From sequence record DRR723986_5381: DNA of 64,000 nucleotides. One strand, given 5' to 3'. Within the stretch, counting starts at the first letter, position 1; each line of letters begins with the position of its first letter. Of the stretch, positions 1 to 10,879 are shown one piece after another. A program made the translations under genes and the position numbers. The notes beneath the pieces were generated by a model, which saw only the letters and a program-made list of their open reading frames with translations, did no database searches and was not told the DNA's origin.

Positions 1-95
1 ATAAGAATCGGGATTTTTTTTGTTTTAAAATGAATTGTGTTATGAAAAATTAAACTTAATATTTGTTATCTTCAATTGTTGCTATAATTCATTAA

Positions 96-2534
96 ATGAA
101 AAAGAATAAGGAACTTGCTTTGGCATGGGATTTTGTTAATAATACTGATAGAAATGTATTTTTGACAGGTAAGGCAGGTACGGGAAAGACTACGTTTTTA
201 CATAAACTCAAGATAAACTCATTAAAGCGAATGTTAGTTGTAGCGCCAACAGGTGTTGCGGCGATTAATGCTAGAGGTGTAACGATTCATTCATTTTTTC
301 AATTACCTTTTGGACCTATCTTACCCGATGATAATATAGCTCATGTGACGGGTTTTAATAGAAAGTTTAGTAAGACAAAAATTAATATCATTAAATCTTT
401 GGATTTATTGGTCATAGATGAAATCAGTATGGTACGTGTTGATTTATTGGATGGAATTGATAAGACACTTCGACGTTTCAGAAATAGAAATAAAGTTTTT
501 GGAGGCGTTCAGTTATTAATGATAGGTGACCTACAACAGCTATCACCTGTAATCAAAGAAAATGAATGGCACTTATTAAAGTCATTTTATAAAAATGCAT
601 TCTTTTTTAGTAGTCTCGCTTATAATGAGTGTAATGCAGTTATTATCGAATTAAAGCATATTTATAGACAAGACAACCCATTATTTATTAATATTCTTAA
701 TGAAATTAGAAATAATAGTTTAACTCAATCTTCAGCTGATAAATTAAACAAGCGTTATCAACCCAATTTTAGTCCTAAAGCAGACGAGGGCTATATTTCA
801 TTAACGACACATAATAACAAAGCTGAACAGACCAATAATTTAGAATTAGAAAAGTTAAAAGGAAAAGAGTATATATATGAAGCTAGTATTGAGGGTAAAT
901 TTCCTGAATATTCTTATCCAAACAAAGAAGAACTAATTTTAAAAGTGGGTGCGCAAGTCATGTTTGTAAAGAATGATAGTTCATCAGAGAAAAGATATTT
1001 CAATGGTAAAATAGGAAAGATTATTCTTTTAGAGAAAGATGAAGTCATAGTCAATTGCCAAGATGACGACTTTAATATCAGTGTTACGCCCGAAATTTGG
1101 GAAAATATTAATTACACGGTTAATTCTGAAACTAAAGCAATCACTGAGAGTAAAATAGGGTCTTATACACAAATGCCTTTACGATTGGCTTGGTCTATAA
1201 CTATTCATAAAAGTCAAGGTCTGACTTTTGAAAAAGCTATTATTGATGCCAAAGATGCTTTTGCTCATGGGCAAACCTATGTGGCATTGAGCCGATGTAA
1301 AAGTTTAGAAGGTTTAGTATTGAAGAGTAAAATAGAGGCAAACCAAATTATAAGTGACAGTAATGTAATAGTATTTAATAAAGAGGCTGAAGAGAATCAA
1401 CCAGATGAAGACATATTACAACAATCAAAAATAGAATTTCAATTGAATCTAATTATGGAAATTTTTGATTTCTACAAGTTCTTATACCCTGTAAATAGAA
1501 TCTTGGATATTTATTATAAAAATAGAACAAGCATAGAAGGTAGAATTGATGGGCGGTTGAATAATATTAAAGATTGTGTCACCAATGTATTAAAAGTGGC
1601 TAATAGTTTTAAAGTACAATTGAGAGAGCTTACAGAAAAAACCTTAGCACCAGAATCTAATAAAGTAATCCAAGAACGTTTTTTAAAGGCCATACAATAT
1701 TTTGGCGCTGAAACAAATACTAAAATTGCAGAGCCTTTTAAGGCAATGGGTTTTACTACCGATAATAAAGCAATTGAAAAAGATATTAATAAGCAATTCG
1801 ATACTCTAGAAGAATTGCTTGCTATAAAACACTCATATTTTTCTGGTTTGGTTAAAGGATTTGATACCAATAAATTCCTAGAGTTGAGAGCCAAATCTGT
1901 TTTTTTAGGAAAAGAGAAACCTAAGAAAACACGTAAGTCAGTAATTGATGGTACTACAAATATTGAACTTTTTGAGTTGCTTAGAGAATTAAGAAACCAA
2001 ATAGCTAAGCAAAAAGACTTAGTACATTTTCAAATATTTTCCCAAAAGGCGCTTTACGAAATGTGCGAAACGCTACCAACAAACAAAATAGAACTTTTGG
2101 CAGTGAATGGCATGGGAAAAACACGCGTTGAAAAATATGGTAGTCAAATACTAGATATTGTAAGAAATTTCTGTGATGAGAACGATATTGAAATTTCAAA
2201 TAGTACTACAAGTTTTAAAGAATCAAAACCAAAGCGTCAAAAAGGTGATACCAAAAAACAGTCTTTACAACTTTTTAAATCAGGTAAAACCATAGATGAA
2301 ATTGCTAATGAAAGAGAACTCAATGAAAATACAATTTTCGGTCACCTAGCAAGCTTTATTTCTTCGGGTGATATAAAGATTACAGATTTGATTTCAGAAA
2401 ATTATTATTCGGAATTAAAAGAAATCATTCCAACAAAAACATTCGAAAACCTTTCAGATTTAAAACATCAATTAGACGAGAAGTATTCTTATGGTGAAAT
2501 TCGATTAGTACTCGAGGAATTATCTAAAAACTAA
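96..2534 (+). CDS. PIF1/RecD-like SF1B helicase with C-terminal HRDC and helix-turn-helix domains
   Basis: Walker A GKAGTGKT, APTGVAA, Walker B IDEISM, TIHKSQGLT and GQTYVALSR motifs; HRDC-like segment (LFELLRELRNQIAK...GMGKTRVEKYG) and terminal HTH (TIDEIANERELNENTIFGHL). Confidence 0.85.
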   Translation: MKKNKELALAWDFVNNTDRNVFLTGKAGTGKTTFLHKLKINSLKRMLVVAPTGVAAINARGVTIHSFFQLPFGPILPDDNIAHVTGFNRKFSKTKINIIKSLDLLVIDEISMVRVDLLDGIDKTLRRFRNRNKVFGGVQLLMIGDLQQLSPVIKENEWHLLKSFYKNAFFFSSLAYNECNAVIIELKHIYRQDNPLFINILNEIRNNSLTQSSADKLNKRYQPNFSPKADEGYISLTTHNNKAEQTNNLELEKLKGKEYIYEASIEGKFPEYSYPNKEELILKVGAQVMFVKNDSSSEKRYFNGKIGKIILLEKDEVIVNCQDDDFNISVTPEIWENINYTVNSETKAITESKIGSYTQMPLRLAWSITIHKSQGLTFEKAIIDAKDAFAHGQTYVALSRCKSLEGLVLKSKIEANQIISDSNVIVFNKEAEENQPDEDILQQSKIEFQLNLIMEIFDFYKFLYPVNRILDIYYKNRTSIEGRIDGRLNNIKDCVTNVLKVANSFKVQLRELTEKTLAPESNKVIQERFLKAIQYFGAETNTKIAEPFKAMGFTTDNKAIEKDINKQFDTLEELLAIKHSYFSGLVKGFDTNKFLELRAKSVFLGKEKPKKTRKSVIDGTTNIELFELLRELRNQIAKQKDLVHFQIFSQKALYEMCETLPTNKIELLAVNGMGKTRVEKYGSQILDIVRNFCDENDIEISNSTTSFKESKPKRQKGDTKKQSLQLFKSGKTIDEIANERELNENTIFGHLASFISSGDIKITDLISENYYSELKEIIPTKTFENLSDLKHQLDEKYSYGEIRLVLEELSKN

Positions 2535-2535
2535 C

Positions 2536-2568
2536 AAAGGCTTCAAAATTTGATTTTGAAGCCTTTTT
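2536..2568. terminator. Bidirectional intrinsic terminator between convergent genes
   Basis: Perfect 14-bp inverted repeat aaaggcttcaaaat-ttg-attttgaagccttt followed by T residues. Confidence 0.8.
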
Positions 2569-2588
2569 CTATATCTTTCAGAAAAAGA

Positions 2589-3731
2589 TTATCCTTTTAT
2601 AACTCCTCTTGAAATAACAATTTTTTGAATTTCTGAGGTACCTTCGTAAATCTGTGTAATCTTAGCATCACGCATTAAACGCTCTACGTGGTATTCTTTT
2701 ACAAAACCATTACCACCATGGATTTGTACAGCTTCAACGGTTTGTTCCATGGCAACTTTGCTGGTATATAATTTTGCCATTGCACTAGACATATCATAGT
2801 TGTTACTATTGTCTTTATCCCATGCAGATTTCATAACTAACATACGAGCAGCTTCAATCTCGGTATACATATCAGCTAACTTAAATGCTATAGCTTGATG
2901 GTTGCAGATTTCAGTACCAAATGCCTTACGCTCTTTAGAGTATTTTAGTGCTAATTCATATGCTCCAGATGCAATGCCTAATGCTTGTGCCGCAATCCCA
3001 ATTCTTCCACCCGATAAAGTTTTCATGGCAAATTTAAAACCGAATCCATCTTCACCTATTCTACTTTCCTTTGTTACTTTTACATCATTAAACTGAAGTG
3101 TATGCGTATCACTACCTCTAATTCCTAGCTTATCTTCTTTAGGACCAATATCAAAACCAGGCATCCCTTTTTCAACAATAAAAGCATTAATGCCTTTATG
3201 ACCTTTTTCTCTGTCAGTTTGTGCTATAACTAAATAAACATCTGATCGACCACCATTAGTAATCCAATTTTTTGTACCATTAAGTACATAATGATCACCC
3301 ATATCAATGGCTGTAGTTTTTTGTGATGTTGCATCACTACCAGCTTCAGGCTCACTTAAACAAAAAGCACCAATTTGCTCACCCGTAGCTAATTTGGTTA
3401 GGTATTTTTGTTTTTGTTCTTCAGTACCATAGGCCTCAAGACCGTAACAAACCAAAGAATTATTTACAGAAACCATTACGGAAGCAGAGGCGTCAATTTT
3501 AGAAAGTTCTTCTATAATAAGTACATATGAAATAGTATCCATTCCACTTCCACCATATTTAGGATCTACCATAATTCCCATAAATCCTAATTCGCCCATT
3601 TTGCGGACTAATTCATCTGGAAATGTTTGTGTATTATCACGTTCTATAACGCCTGGAAGTAATTCGGTTTGTGCAAAATCTCTTGCTGCATCACGAATCA
3701 TTATATGTTCTTCAGTTAAGCTAAAATCCAT
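2589..3731 (-). CDS. Acyl-CoA dehydrogenase (short-chain/butyryl-CoA type)
   Basis: FCLSEPEAGSDA, NGTKNWITNG, QIHGGNGF and IYEGTSEIQK motifs. Confidence 0.93.
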   Translation of the reverse strand: MDFSLTEEHIMIRDAARDFAQTELLPGVIERDNTQTFPDELVRKMGELGFMGIMVDPKYGGSGMDTISYVLIIEELSKIDASASVMVSVNNSLVCYGLEAYGTEEQKQKYLTKLATGEQIGAFCLSEPEAGSDATSQKTTAIDMGDHYVLNGTKNWITNGGRSDVYLVIAQTDREKGHKGINAFIVEKGMPGFDIGPKEDKLGIRGSDTHTLQFNDVKVTKESRIGEDGFGFKFAMKTLSGGRIGIAAQALGIASGAYELALKYSKERKAFGTEICNHQAIAFKLADMYTEIEAARMLVMKSAWDKDNSNNYDMSSAMAKLYTSKVAMEQTVEAVQIHGGNGFVKEYHVERLMRDAKITQIYEGTSEIQKIVISRGVIKG

Positions 3732-3768
3732 AAAGCAAAATAATTATTGAATTGTTAAAAATTTCACG

Positions 3769-3776
3769 CAAAGATA
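3769..3776 (-). promoter_or_regulatory. Bacteroidota sigma-A -7 box (TATCTTTG) for acyl-CoA dehydrogenase
   Basis: Matches TAnnTTTG on the minus strand, about 38 nt upstream of the ATG. Confidence 0.55.
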
Positions 3777-3822
3777 ACTGTTTCTTGCGGTATTTTCAAT
3801 AAGTAATATTATTTTTACTAAT

Positions 3823-4896
3823 ATGCTAAAATCTAATTACAATATTGTAGGTGTAATGTCTGGGACATCACTTGATGGAATCGATATCGTCTTTACAAGC
3901 TTCGTTTTTGAAGACTACTGGAAATTCAAAATTCACCATTCAGAAACATTGAACTATTCTAAAAAATGGAAGACTATTTTGAGTGAATTAGTTAATAAAT
4001 CTTTATCTGATTTAGAAGAAATTGACCTCTTATATTCGGAGTTTTTAGCCCATAAAATTCTAGATTTTAAGCAAAAATACCATATCAATAATATAGATTT
4101 TATTGCATCACACGGACATACAGCCCTGCATCAACCAGAAAAACAACTAACATACCAGATTGGAAATCTACAGATATTGGCTGATAATTTAAATGAAAAA
4201 GTAATATGTGATTTTAGAGTTCAGGATGTGCAGTTAGGTGGTCAAGGAGCACCATTGGTACCAATAGGTGACAGGTTGTTGTTTTATGACTACGATTACT
4301 GTTTGAATTTGGGTGGTTTTGCAAATATTTCATTTGAATCAAATGGAGAAAGAATTGCTTTGGATATATGTCCTGTAAATATTGTGTTAAATCACTATGT
4401 TTCTCGGTTAAATAAAGACTACGATGACAAGGGCCTTTTAGCAAAAAAAGGGGAGGTAAATATATCTTTGTTATCAGACTTGAATGCATTGAATTTCTAT
4501 AATGAAGAGCCACCTAAATCTTTAGGTTTAGAATGGGTTAATGAAAATTGTATCCCAATAATTGAGACTTACAATCTCAATATTGAAACTGTATTAAGAA
4601 CCTTTGTTGAACATATTGCAATTCAGATTTCTAAAGTACTTAAGAATGCAAATAAGAAGGTTTTGGTTACAGGTGGTGGTGTTTATAATGAATTTTTATT
4701 AAACAGAATAAAGTATTATTCAAGGTCTTCAATTGTTGTTCCAACCGAGGAAATAATTGAATTTAAAGAGGCATTGGTATTTGCATTATTAGGTGTTTTA
4801 AAAGATAGAAATGAGATGAATTGTTTAAAAAGTGTTACTGGAGCAACAAAAGATCATTCTTCTGGAAAAATATTAATTCCCAATATTCAAAATTAA
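3823..4896 (+). CDS. anmK: Anhydro-N-acetylmuramic acid kinase
   Basis: GVMSGTSLDGID, SHGHT, DFR..D...GGQGAPLVP, LNLGGFANI and TGGGVYN motifs. Confidence 0.92.
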   Translation: MLKSNYNIVGVMSGTSLDGIDIVFTSFVFEDYWKFKIHHSETLNYSKKWKTILSELVNKSLSDLEEIDLLYSEFLAHKILDFKQKYHINNIDFIASHGHTALHQPEKQLTYQIGNLQILADNLNEKVICDFRVQDVQLGGQGAPLVPIGDRLLFYDYDYCLNLGGFANISFESNGERIALDICPVNIVLNHYVSRLNKDYDDKGLLAKKGEVNISLLSDLNALNFYNEEPPKSLGLEWVNENCIPIIETYNLNIETVLRTFVEHIAIQISKVLKNANKKVLVTGGGVYNEFLLNRIKYYSRSSIVVPTEEIIEFKEALVFALLGVLKDRNEMNCLKSVTGATKDHSSGKILIPNIQN

Positions 4897-4929
4897 TCAT
4901 TAATTCACTTTTTAGGTATTAGAGTTTTT

Positions 4930-4937
4930 TATATTTG
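4930..4937 (+). promoter_or_regulatory. -7 box (TATATTTG) upstream of the amino-acid dehydrogenase gene
   Basis: TAnnTTTG consensus 24 nt before the start codon. Confidence 0.55.
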
Positions 4938-4961
4938 TTATTACTAACTAATTAAAAGAAA

Positions 4962-6191
4962 TTGATAAAAGAATTACTTCAGAAGTACGAAAATAAATCC
5001 CCAGAAATTGTTTTTCATTGGAATGATCCAGAGACCAACGCAGAAGGATGGGCAGTTATAAATTCCTTAAGAGGTGGTGCTGCCGGAGGCGGAACGAGAA
5101 TGCGTAAAGGACTAGATAGAAATGAGGTTTTATCATTGGCTAAAACAATGGAAGTAAAATTTACAGTTTCTGGTCCATCTATAGGTGGCGCAAAATCTGG
5201 GATAAATTTTGATCCACAAGATCCTAGGAAAAAAGGTGTTTTAGAAAGATGGTATGCAGCCGTTTCTCCATTACTTAAAAGTTATTATGGTACTGGTGGT
5301 GATTTAAATGTTGACGAAATACATGAGGTAATTCCGATAACCGAAGAAAGTGGTGTGTGGCACCCACAAGAAGGTGTGTTTGAAGGTCATTTTAAGCCAA
5401 CACAAGCAGATAAAATAAATAGAATTGGTCAGTTAAGGCAAGGAGTAATTAAGGTCTTAGAAAACCCAAAATACTCTCCAAATGTTGAACGTAAATATAC
5501 CGTTGCGGATATGATTACTGGCTATGGTGTTGCAGTTGCAGCTAAACACTTTTATGATATCAATGAAGATTCTATAAAAGGAAAACGTGTCGTAGTTCAA
5601 GGATTTGGTAATGTAGGTGCAGCAGCAGCTTTTTATTTTGCTCAAATGGGAGCTAGAATTGTTGGTATCATTGATAAAGTTGGTGGTTTAATTAATTCTG
5701 AAGGTTTTTCATTTAAAGAAATAACAGACTTGTATCTCAATAAAAATGGTAATACCCTTGTTGCAGAACAACTTATTCCTTTCGATGAAATAAATGAAAA
5801 GATTTGGTCGCTTCAAACTGAAGTTTTTGCGCCATGTGCAGCATCAAGACTTATAACAAAAGATCAAATTGATCAAATGATTGAAACTGGTTTAGAAGTT
5901 ATTAGTTGTGGTGCAAATGTACCTTTTGCTGATAAAGAGATTTTCTTTGGTCCAATAATGGAACACACAGATCAAAAAGTTAGTTTAATACCCGATTTTA
6001 TTTCAAATTGTGGTATGGCAAGAGTTTTTGCTTACTTTATGGAGCGTAAGGTACAGATGACCGATGAAGCTATTTTTAAAGATACGTCAAGAGTAATTAG
6101 AAGAGCGTTAAAAGAAGTTCATAAAACTAATCCAACAAAAATTGGCATTAGTGAGACGGCGTTTGAGATTGCACTAAGACAATTAATATAA
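4962..6191 (+). CDS. Glu/Leu/Phe/Val dehydrogenase family protein (TTG start)
   Basis: GGGTRM, GGAKSGI, VQGFGNVG Rossmann motif, CGAN and IPDFISNCG. Confidence 0.9.
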   Translation: MIKELLQKYENKSPEIVFHWNDPETNAEGWAVINSLRGGAAGGGTRMRKGLDRNEVLSLAKTMEVKFTVSGPSIGGAKSGINFDPQDPRKKGVLERWYAAVSPLLKSYYGTGGDLNVDEIHEVIPITEESGVWHPQEGVFEGHFKPTQADKINRIGQLRQGVIKVLENPKYSPNVERKYTVADMITGYGVAVAAKHFYDINEDSIKGKRVVVQGFGNVGAAAAFYFAQMGARIVGIIDKVGGLINSEGFSFKEITDLYLNKNGNTLVAEQLIPFDEINEKIWSLQTEVFAPCAASRLITKDQIDQMIETGLEVISCGANVPFADKEIFFGPIMEHTDQKVSLIPDFISNCGMARVFAYFMERKVQMTDEAIFKDTSRVIRRALKEVHKTNPTKIGISETAFEIALRQLI

Positions 6192-6204
6192 AATTTAATC
6201 TATT

Positions 6205-7596
6205 ATGGAAACCGTTATAGTTCTCGTTTTTGTATTTGGCTATTTAGCTATAACATTAGAACATAATATTAAAATTGATAAATTAATACCTGCTTTGGTA
6301 ATGATGGCTATAAGTTGGGCATTAATCTCATTGGGAATTGACGATTTTTCGCAGTGGTTTGACTCAGCGAAGCATAGTCTAATGGATAATTTTGGTTTGT
6401 TACCACATGAAGAAAAGATGCATTTAATGGAAGAAACCTTATTGCATCATCTTGGAAAGACAGCAGAAATTTTAGTGTTCTTATTAGGAGCTATGACCAT
6501 TGTAGAAATTATAGATTATTTTGATGGTTTTTCTACCATTAAATCTGCTGTAAATTTCAATAGTCGTAAGAAGTTACTATGGATGTTTTCTATATTAGCT
6601 TTTATATTATCTGCAATCATAGATAATTTAACAGCAACTATTGTATTAATTTCTATTCTTCAAAAAATAGTAAAAGACCGTAGCGTTAGAATTTGGTATG
6701 CAGGTCTTATAATAATTGCGGCAAATGCAGGTGGTGCTTGGTCTCCAATTGGTGATGTAACAACAACCATGTTATGGATAGGAGATAAAGTATCTACAGG
6801 GAAATTATTTATATACCTATTTATTCCGTCAGTACTTTGTATGATTGTACCAACTTTTATTGCATCTATGTTACAGCCTTTTAAAGGAGACTTAGAATTA
6901 CAAGGAGACGATGATAAACCAAAGAACAAATTTAGTTCAACGATGTTATTCTTGGGCTTAGGTGCAATTGTTTTTGTTCCGTTTTTTAAAGTTATTACAC
7001 ACTTACCACCTTATGTAGGAATGATGTTGTCTTTAGGTGTTGTAGCAGTTTTTGCCGAAATATACAGTAATTCTAAGTTTGCTATATCTGCCGTTACATC
7101 AGAAGAGCATCATGAACATGCAAGCCATAGTCCAGTGCATCATTCCTTATCGAAGATTGAATTGCCGAGTATTTTATTTTTCTTAGGAATTTTAATGGCA
7201 GTTGCTGCTTTAGAATCATTGGGTATATTATTTGGTTTTGCAGGTACCTTGCAAGATACAATGCCAATGATGGGTACGGAATTAGCAGGCGGAAAAGTAT
7301 CGGATTTAGTCGTGTTATTACTAGGTGTTGGTTCTGCTGTAATTGATAATGTACCATTAGTAGCCGCTAGTTTAGGTATGTTTTCAGAACCTTTAGATGA
7401 TACTTTATGGCATTTTATAGCTTATTCTGCTGGTACTGGTGGAAGTATGCTAATCATTGGTTCAGCTGCAGGTGTTGTAGCTATGGGCATGGAGAAAATT
7501 GACTTTTTCTGGTATCTTAAAAAGATCTCATGGTTAGCATTAATAGGATTTATTGCTGGTGCTGCGGCCTTTATGGTAACAAGAGCAGTATTCTAA
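6205..7596 (+). CDS. nhaD: NhaD-type Na+/H+ antiporter
   Basis: Polytopic membrane protein with IIDNLTAT, ANAGGAWSPIGDVTTTMLW, IDNVPLVA and GGSMLIIGSAAGV. Confidence 0.85.
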   Translation: METVIVLVFVFGYLAITLEHNIKIDKLIPALVMMAISWALISLGIDDFSQWFDSAKHSLMDNFGLLPHEEKMHLMEETLLHHLGKTAEILVFLLGAMTIVEIIDYFDGFSTIKSAVNFNSRKKLLWMFSILAFILSAIIDNLTATIVLISILQKIVKDRSVRIWYAGLIIIAANAGGAWSPIGDVTTTMLWIGDKVSTGKLFIYLFIPSVLCMIVPTFIASMLQPFKGDLELQGDDDKPKNKFSSTMLFLGLGAIVFVPFFKVITHLPPYVGMMLSLGVVAVFAEIYSNSKFAISAVTSEEHHEHASHSPVHHSLSKIELPSILFFLGILMAVAALESLGILFGFAGTLQDTMPMMGTELAGGKVSDLVVLLLGVGSAVIDNVPLVAASLGMFSEPLDDTLWHFIAYSAGTGGSMLIIGSAAGVVAMGMEKIDFFWYLKKISWLALIGFIAGAAAFMVTRAVF

Positions 7597-7660
7597 ATAT
7601 ACTTAAGTAAAAAACTTAGCGTTATAACTTACAGAAACTTTTAAACTTAAAACTTATCAT

Positions 7661-8356
7661 ATGATATTACTAAGTAATATTCAAGATGGAGCAGAAGTAT
7701 TAACTGAAGGAGAATCAGTTGAGAAAACACTATCCATAATAGAACTAATTACCAGTGGAGGAACATCTGGTATGGTCATTATACTTATACTATTTCTATT
7801 ATTAATTGTTGCAACATATATTTATTTTGAACGAATATTTGCAATTAAAGCAGCGTCTAAAGTCGATTCAAATTTCATGAATCAAATAAAAGATCATGTG
7901 AGTAATGGAAAAATAGATTCTGCGCAGATGTTATGTGCGCAGCAAAACTCACCGGTATCTCGTTTAATAGCAAAAGGAATAACTAGAATAGGAAAGCCTT
8001 TAGAAGATATTAATACTGCTATTGAGAATGCAGGCAGACTAGAGATTTATAGTCTAGAAAAGAATATTAGTGTATTAGCTACAATATCTGGTGTGGCACC
8101 GATGATAGGGTTTTTAGGAACTGTTGTCGGTATGATTCTTTCAATTTTTGAATTGGCAAATGCAGGAGGAACAATTCAAATGGATGTTCTTGCCAGTGGT
8201 TTATATACAGCAATGACAACAACAGTAGGTGGCCTTATTGTAGGTATTATCGCTTATGTAGCATATAACCATATTGTTGTAAAAACTAATAAGGTGGTTC
8301 ATCAAATGGAAGCCAATTCTACAGAGTTTTTAGATCACTTAAACGAACCTATCTAA
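7661..8356 (+). CDS. exbB: MotA/TolQ/ExbB proton channel protein
   Basis: APMIGFLGTVVGMI and AMTTTVGGLIVGI; followed by ExbD and a TonB-like gene. Confidence 0.88.
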   Translation: MILLSNIQDGAEVLTEGESVEKTLSIIELITSGGTSGMVIILILFLLLIVATYIYFERIFAIKAASKVDSNFMNQIKDHVSNGKIDSAQMLCAQQNSPVSRLIAKGITRIGKPLEDINTAIENAGRLEIYSLEKNISVLATISGVAPMIGFLGTVVGMILSIFELANAGGTIQMDVLASGLYTAMTTTVGGLIVGIIAYVAYNHIVVKTNKVVHQMEANSTEFLDHLNEPI

Positions 8357-8357
8357 G

Positions 8358-8750
8358 ATGAATATTAGAGGACGAAATAAAGTTACTCCAGAATTCAATA
8401 TGGCTTCAATGACCGATATTGTATTTCTGTTATTGATCTTTTTTATGATTGCCTCAACATTGGTGACTACTAATGCTATAGATATTATATTACCTAAGGC
8501 AAGCGGTAAAACTGAAAATAAAAAATCTACAGCAGTAAGTATTAAAAAAGATTTGACCTACTACATAGACCAAAAGCGTGTTGGTGAGAGTGTTTTAGAA
8601 AGTCAACTCGTTTCTATTCTTTCTAATAAAGAACAACCTACAATTGTGCTAAGAGCTGAAAAATCTGTACCTGTAGAAAATGTTGTTAAGGTAATGGACA
8701 TAGCAAATCGAAATAAATTCAAGGTTATTTTAGCTGTAAAACCAAATTAA
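8358..8750 (+). CDS. exbD: ExbD/TolR biopolymer transport protein
   Basis: MASMTDIVFLLLIFFMI transmembrane motif; position in the operon. Confidence 0.9.
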   Translation: MNIRGRNKVTPEFNMASMTDIVFLLLIFFMIASTLVTTNAIDIILPKASGKTENKKSTAVSIKKDLTYYIDQKRVGESVLESQLVSILSNKEQPTIVLRAEKSVPVENVVKVMDIANRNKFKVILAVKPN

Positions 8751-8792
8751 ACGGCATCATTATTGAAACTATACTATTAAAAGTATAAAGAA

Positions 8793-9635
8793 GTGAAATA
8801 TTTAGAGACTAAACACGAACGTAATTCTGCAAGAATAACTGGGCTAATTGCTTTGATATTGTTGCTGCTTTTATTTGTGGTTGGACCTCAATATATGGAT
8901 CCACCTGAAGAATATGGTGTAGCCGTTAATTTTGGTACTACTGATTTCGGTAGTGGTAATAAACCACTAAGTGAGCCTAAGAAAGCGGTCGAAGAGAAAA
9001 TTGTTGAAGAATCTCAACCTCAAGAAACTAAAGTTGAACCGACTGAAGCTAATACCAAGGCAGAAGAAGTATTAACTCAAGAGAATCCCGAGGCTATAGC
9101 GATTAAAAAACAGAAAGAAGCTGAAGCTCGAGCCAAAGCAGAAGCCGAAAGAATAGAGAGGGAAAAGCGAGAAGCTGAGGAAAGAAAAAAGCGTGAAGAG
9201 GAAGAGAAAAAGAAGAAATTAGACAATTTAATAGGTGGTGTTAAAAATTCTGAAGGAAATACTGATGGAGGAGAAGGTCCGGACAATAAAGGAGGAAATA
9301 AAGGTGATTTAGATGGAAGTCCATATGCACCATATAATGGAATACCTGGTACCGGTGAAGGTGGAATAGGAGTTGGTTTAAATGGAAGAGGTAAAGCTAC
9401 ATATAAGAAGCAGGAAGGATGTGAAAATGAATACGGGACAATTATTGTACAGATTGTCGTAAATAGAGAAGGGAAAGTAGTTGAGGCTACACCTGGTATT
9501 CGAGGAAGTAGTAATATTACCGCCTGTTTAAAAGATGTAGCCAAGAAAATAGCATTATCATATAAATGGCCTCCTGACTACAATGCGCCTGCAAGACAAT
9601 ATGGAAAGGTGAGAATAAATTTTACGCCAAACTAA
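8793..9635 (+). CDS. TonB/TolA-like energy transducer
   Basis: N-terminal anchor, E/K/A-rich helical spacer, Gly-rich linker and C-terminal TonB-like domain (GTIIVQIVVNREGKVVEA). Confidence 0.75.
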   Translation: MKYLETKHERNSARITGLIALILLLLLFVVGPQYMDPPEEYGVAVNFGTTDFGSGNKPLSEPKKAVEEKIVEESQPQETKVEPTEANTKAEEVLTQENPEAIAIKKQKEAEARAKAEAERIEREKREAEERKKREEEEKKKKLDNLIGGVKNSEGNTDGGEGPDNKGGNKGDLDGSPYAPYNGIPGTGEGGIGVGLNGRGKATYKKQEGCENEYGTIIVQIVVNREGKVVEATPGIRGSSNITACLKDVAKKIALSYKWPPDYNAPARQYGKVRINFTPN

Positions 9636-9637
9636 AA

Positions 9638-10861
9638 TTGTCAATGAATTATCAAGATACAATCAATTGGATGTTTCAACAGCTACCAATGTATCAAAAC
9701 AAGGGGAAATCTGCTTATAAAGAAGATTTGTCAAACACCTACTTACTTTCAAAATATTTAGGTGACCCGCAGAAAGAGTTTAAGTCTGTACACGTTGCAG
9801 GTACTAATGGTAAAGGTTCTACAAGCCATATGCTGGCATCTGTTTTACAAGAAGCGGGTTATAAAGTTGGTCTCTATACTTCACCTCATTTAAAAGATTT
9901 TAGAGAACGTATTAGAATAAACGGTAGAGTTGTAAGCAAACAATTTGTTATTGGTTTTATTAAACGTAACAAATCATTTTTTGAGGCTAATAATCTTTCT
10001 TTTTTTGAAATGACAGTGGGAATGGCATTTGATTATTTTGCCAAGCAAGAGGTGGATTTAGCCATAATTGAGGTCGGATTAGGAGGACGATTAGATTCAA
10101 CCAATATTATTACACCAGAAGTATCAATTATCACAAATATTGGATATGATCACATGCAATTTCTTGGTAATACGCTTAAAAAGATTGCAGCTGAGAAAGC
10201 CGGAATTATAAAAGAAAATATTCCAGTTGTAATAGGTGAGACACAAAAAGAAATTAAGTCTGTTTTTGAAGAAAAGGCAAAAATTAATAGTGCAGAAATT
10301 TATTATGCAGATCAATTAATCGATAAAGCCTTAGAAACTGATTTAAAAGGGTCTTATCAATCAAATAATATTAAAACAGCAATGCAGGCTGTGAAAATTT
10401 TGAAAAATAGAGGATACAACATTTCAAATTTTAATGTACGAAAAGGATTGTTGAATGTAGTTAAGAATACTGGTTTACTTGGTAGATGGCAAGTTATTAA
10501 TAAAAGTCCAAAGATAATTTGTGATACGGCGCATAACAAAGAAGGTCTATCTTATGTAATGAAGCAATTGCTAGCTGAAAATTATGATGAATTACATATT
10601 GTATTTGGTGTAGTAAGCGATAAAGACCTTAATACAATAATTCCATTACTTCCCAAAAAGGCGACATATTATTTTTGTAAGCCAAATATTCAAAGGGGAT
10701 TGGATGCTGACGAATTGAGAAATATTTTTGAAGAAAATAAATTGTTTGGATCAAGTTTTACAAGTGTAAATAATGCATTAAAAGCTGCTAAAACTAATGC
10801 AAAAAAGAATGATGTAATTTATGTTGGTGGGAGTACATTTGTAGTCGCTGAAATAATTTAA
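9638..10861 (+). CDS. folC: Folylpolyglutamate synthase/dihydrofolate synthase (start may be ATG 9644)
   Basis: HVAGTNGKGS, YTSPHL, EVGLGGRLDSTN and DTAHN motifs. Confidence 0.95.
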   Translation: MSMNYQDTINWMFQQLPMYQNKGKSAYKEDLSNTYLLSKYLGDPQKEFKSVHVAGTNGKGSTSHMLASVLQEAGYKVGLYTSPHLKDFRERIRINGRVVSKQFVIGFIKRNKSFFEANNLSFFEMTVGMAFDYFAKQEVDLAIIEVGLGGRLDSTNIITPEVSIITNIGYDHMQFLGNTLKKIAAEKAGIIKENIPVVIGETQKEIKSVFEEKAKINSAEIYYADQLIDKALETDLKGSYQSNNIKTAMQAVKILKNRGYNISNFNVRKGLLNVVKNTGLLGRWQVINKSPKIICDTAHNKEGLSYVMKQLLAENYDELHIVFGVVSDKDLNTIIPLLPKKATYYFCKPNIQRGLDADELRNIFEENKLFGSSFTSVNNALKAAKTNAKKNDVIYVGGSTFVVAEII

Positions 10862-10879
10862 TTTTTTTCTAAAAATCCT

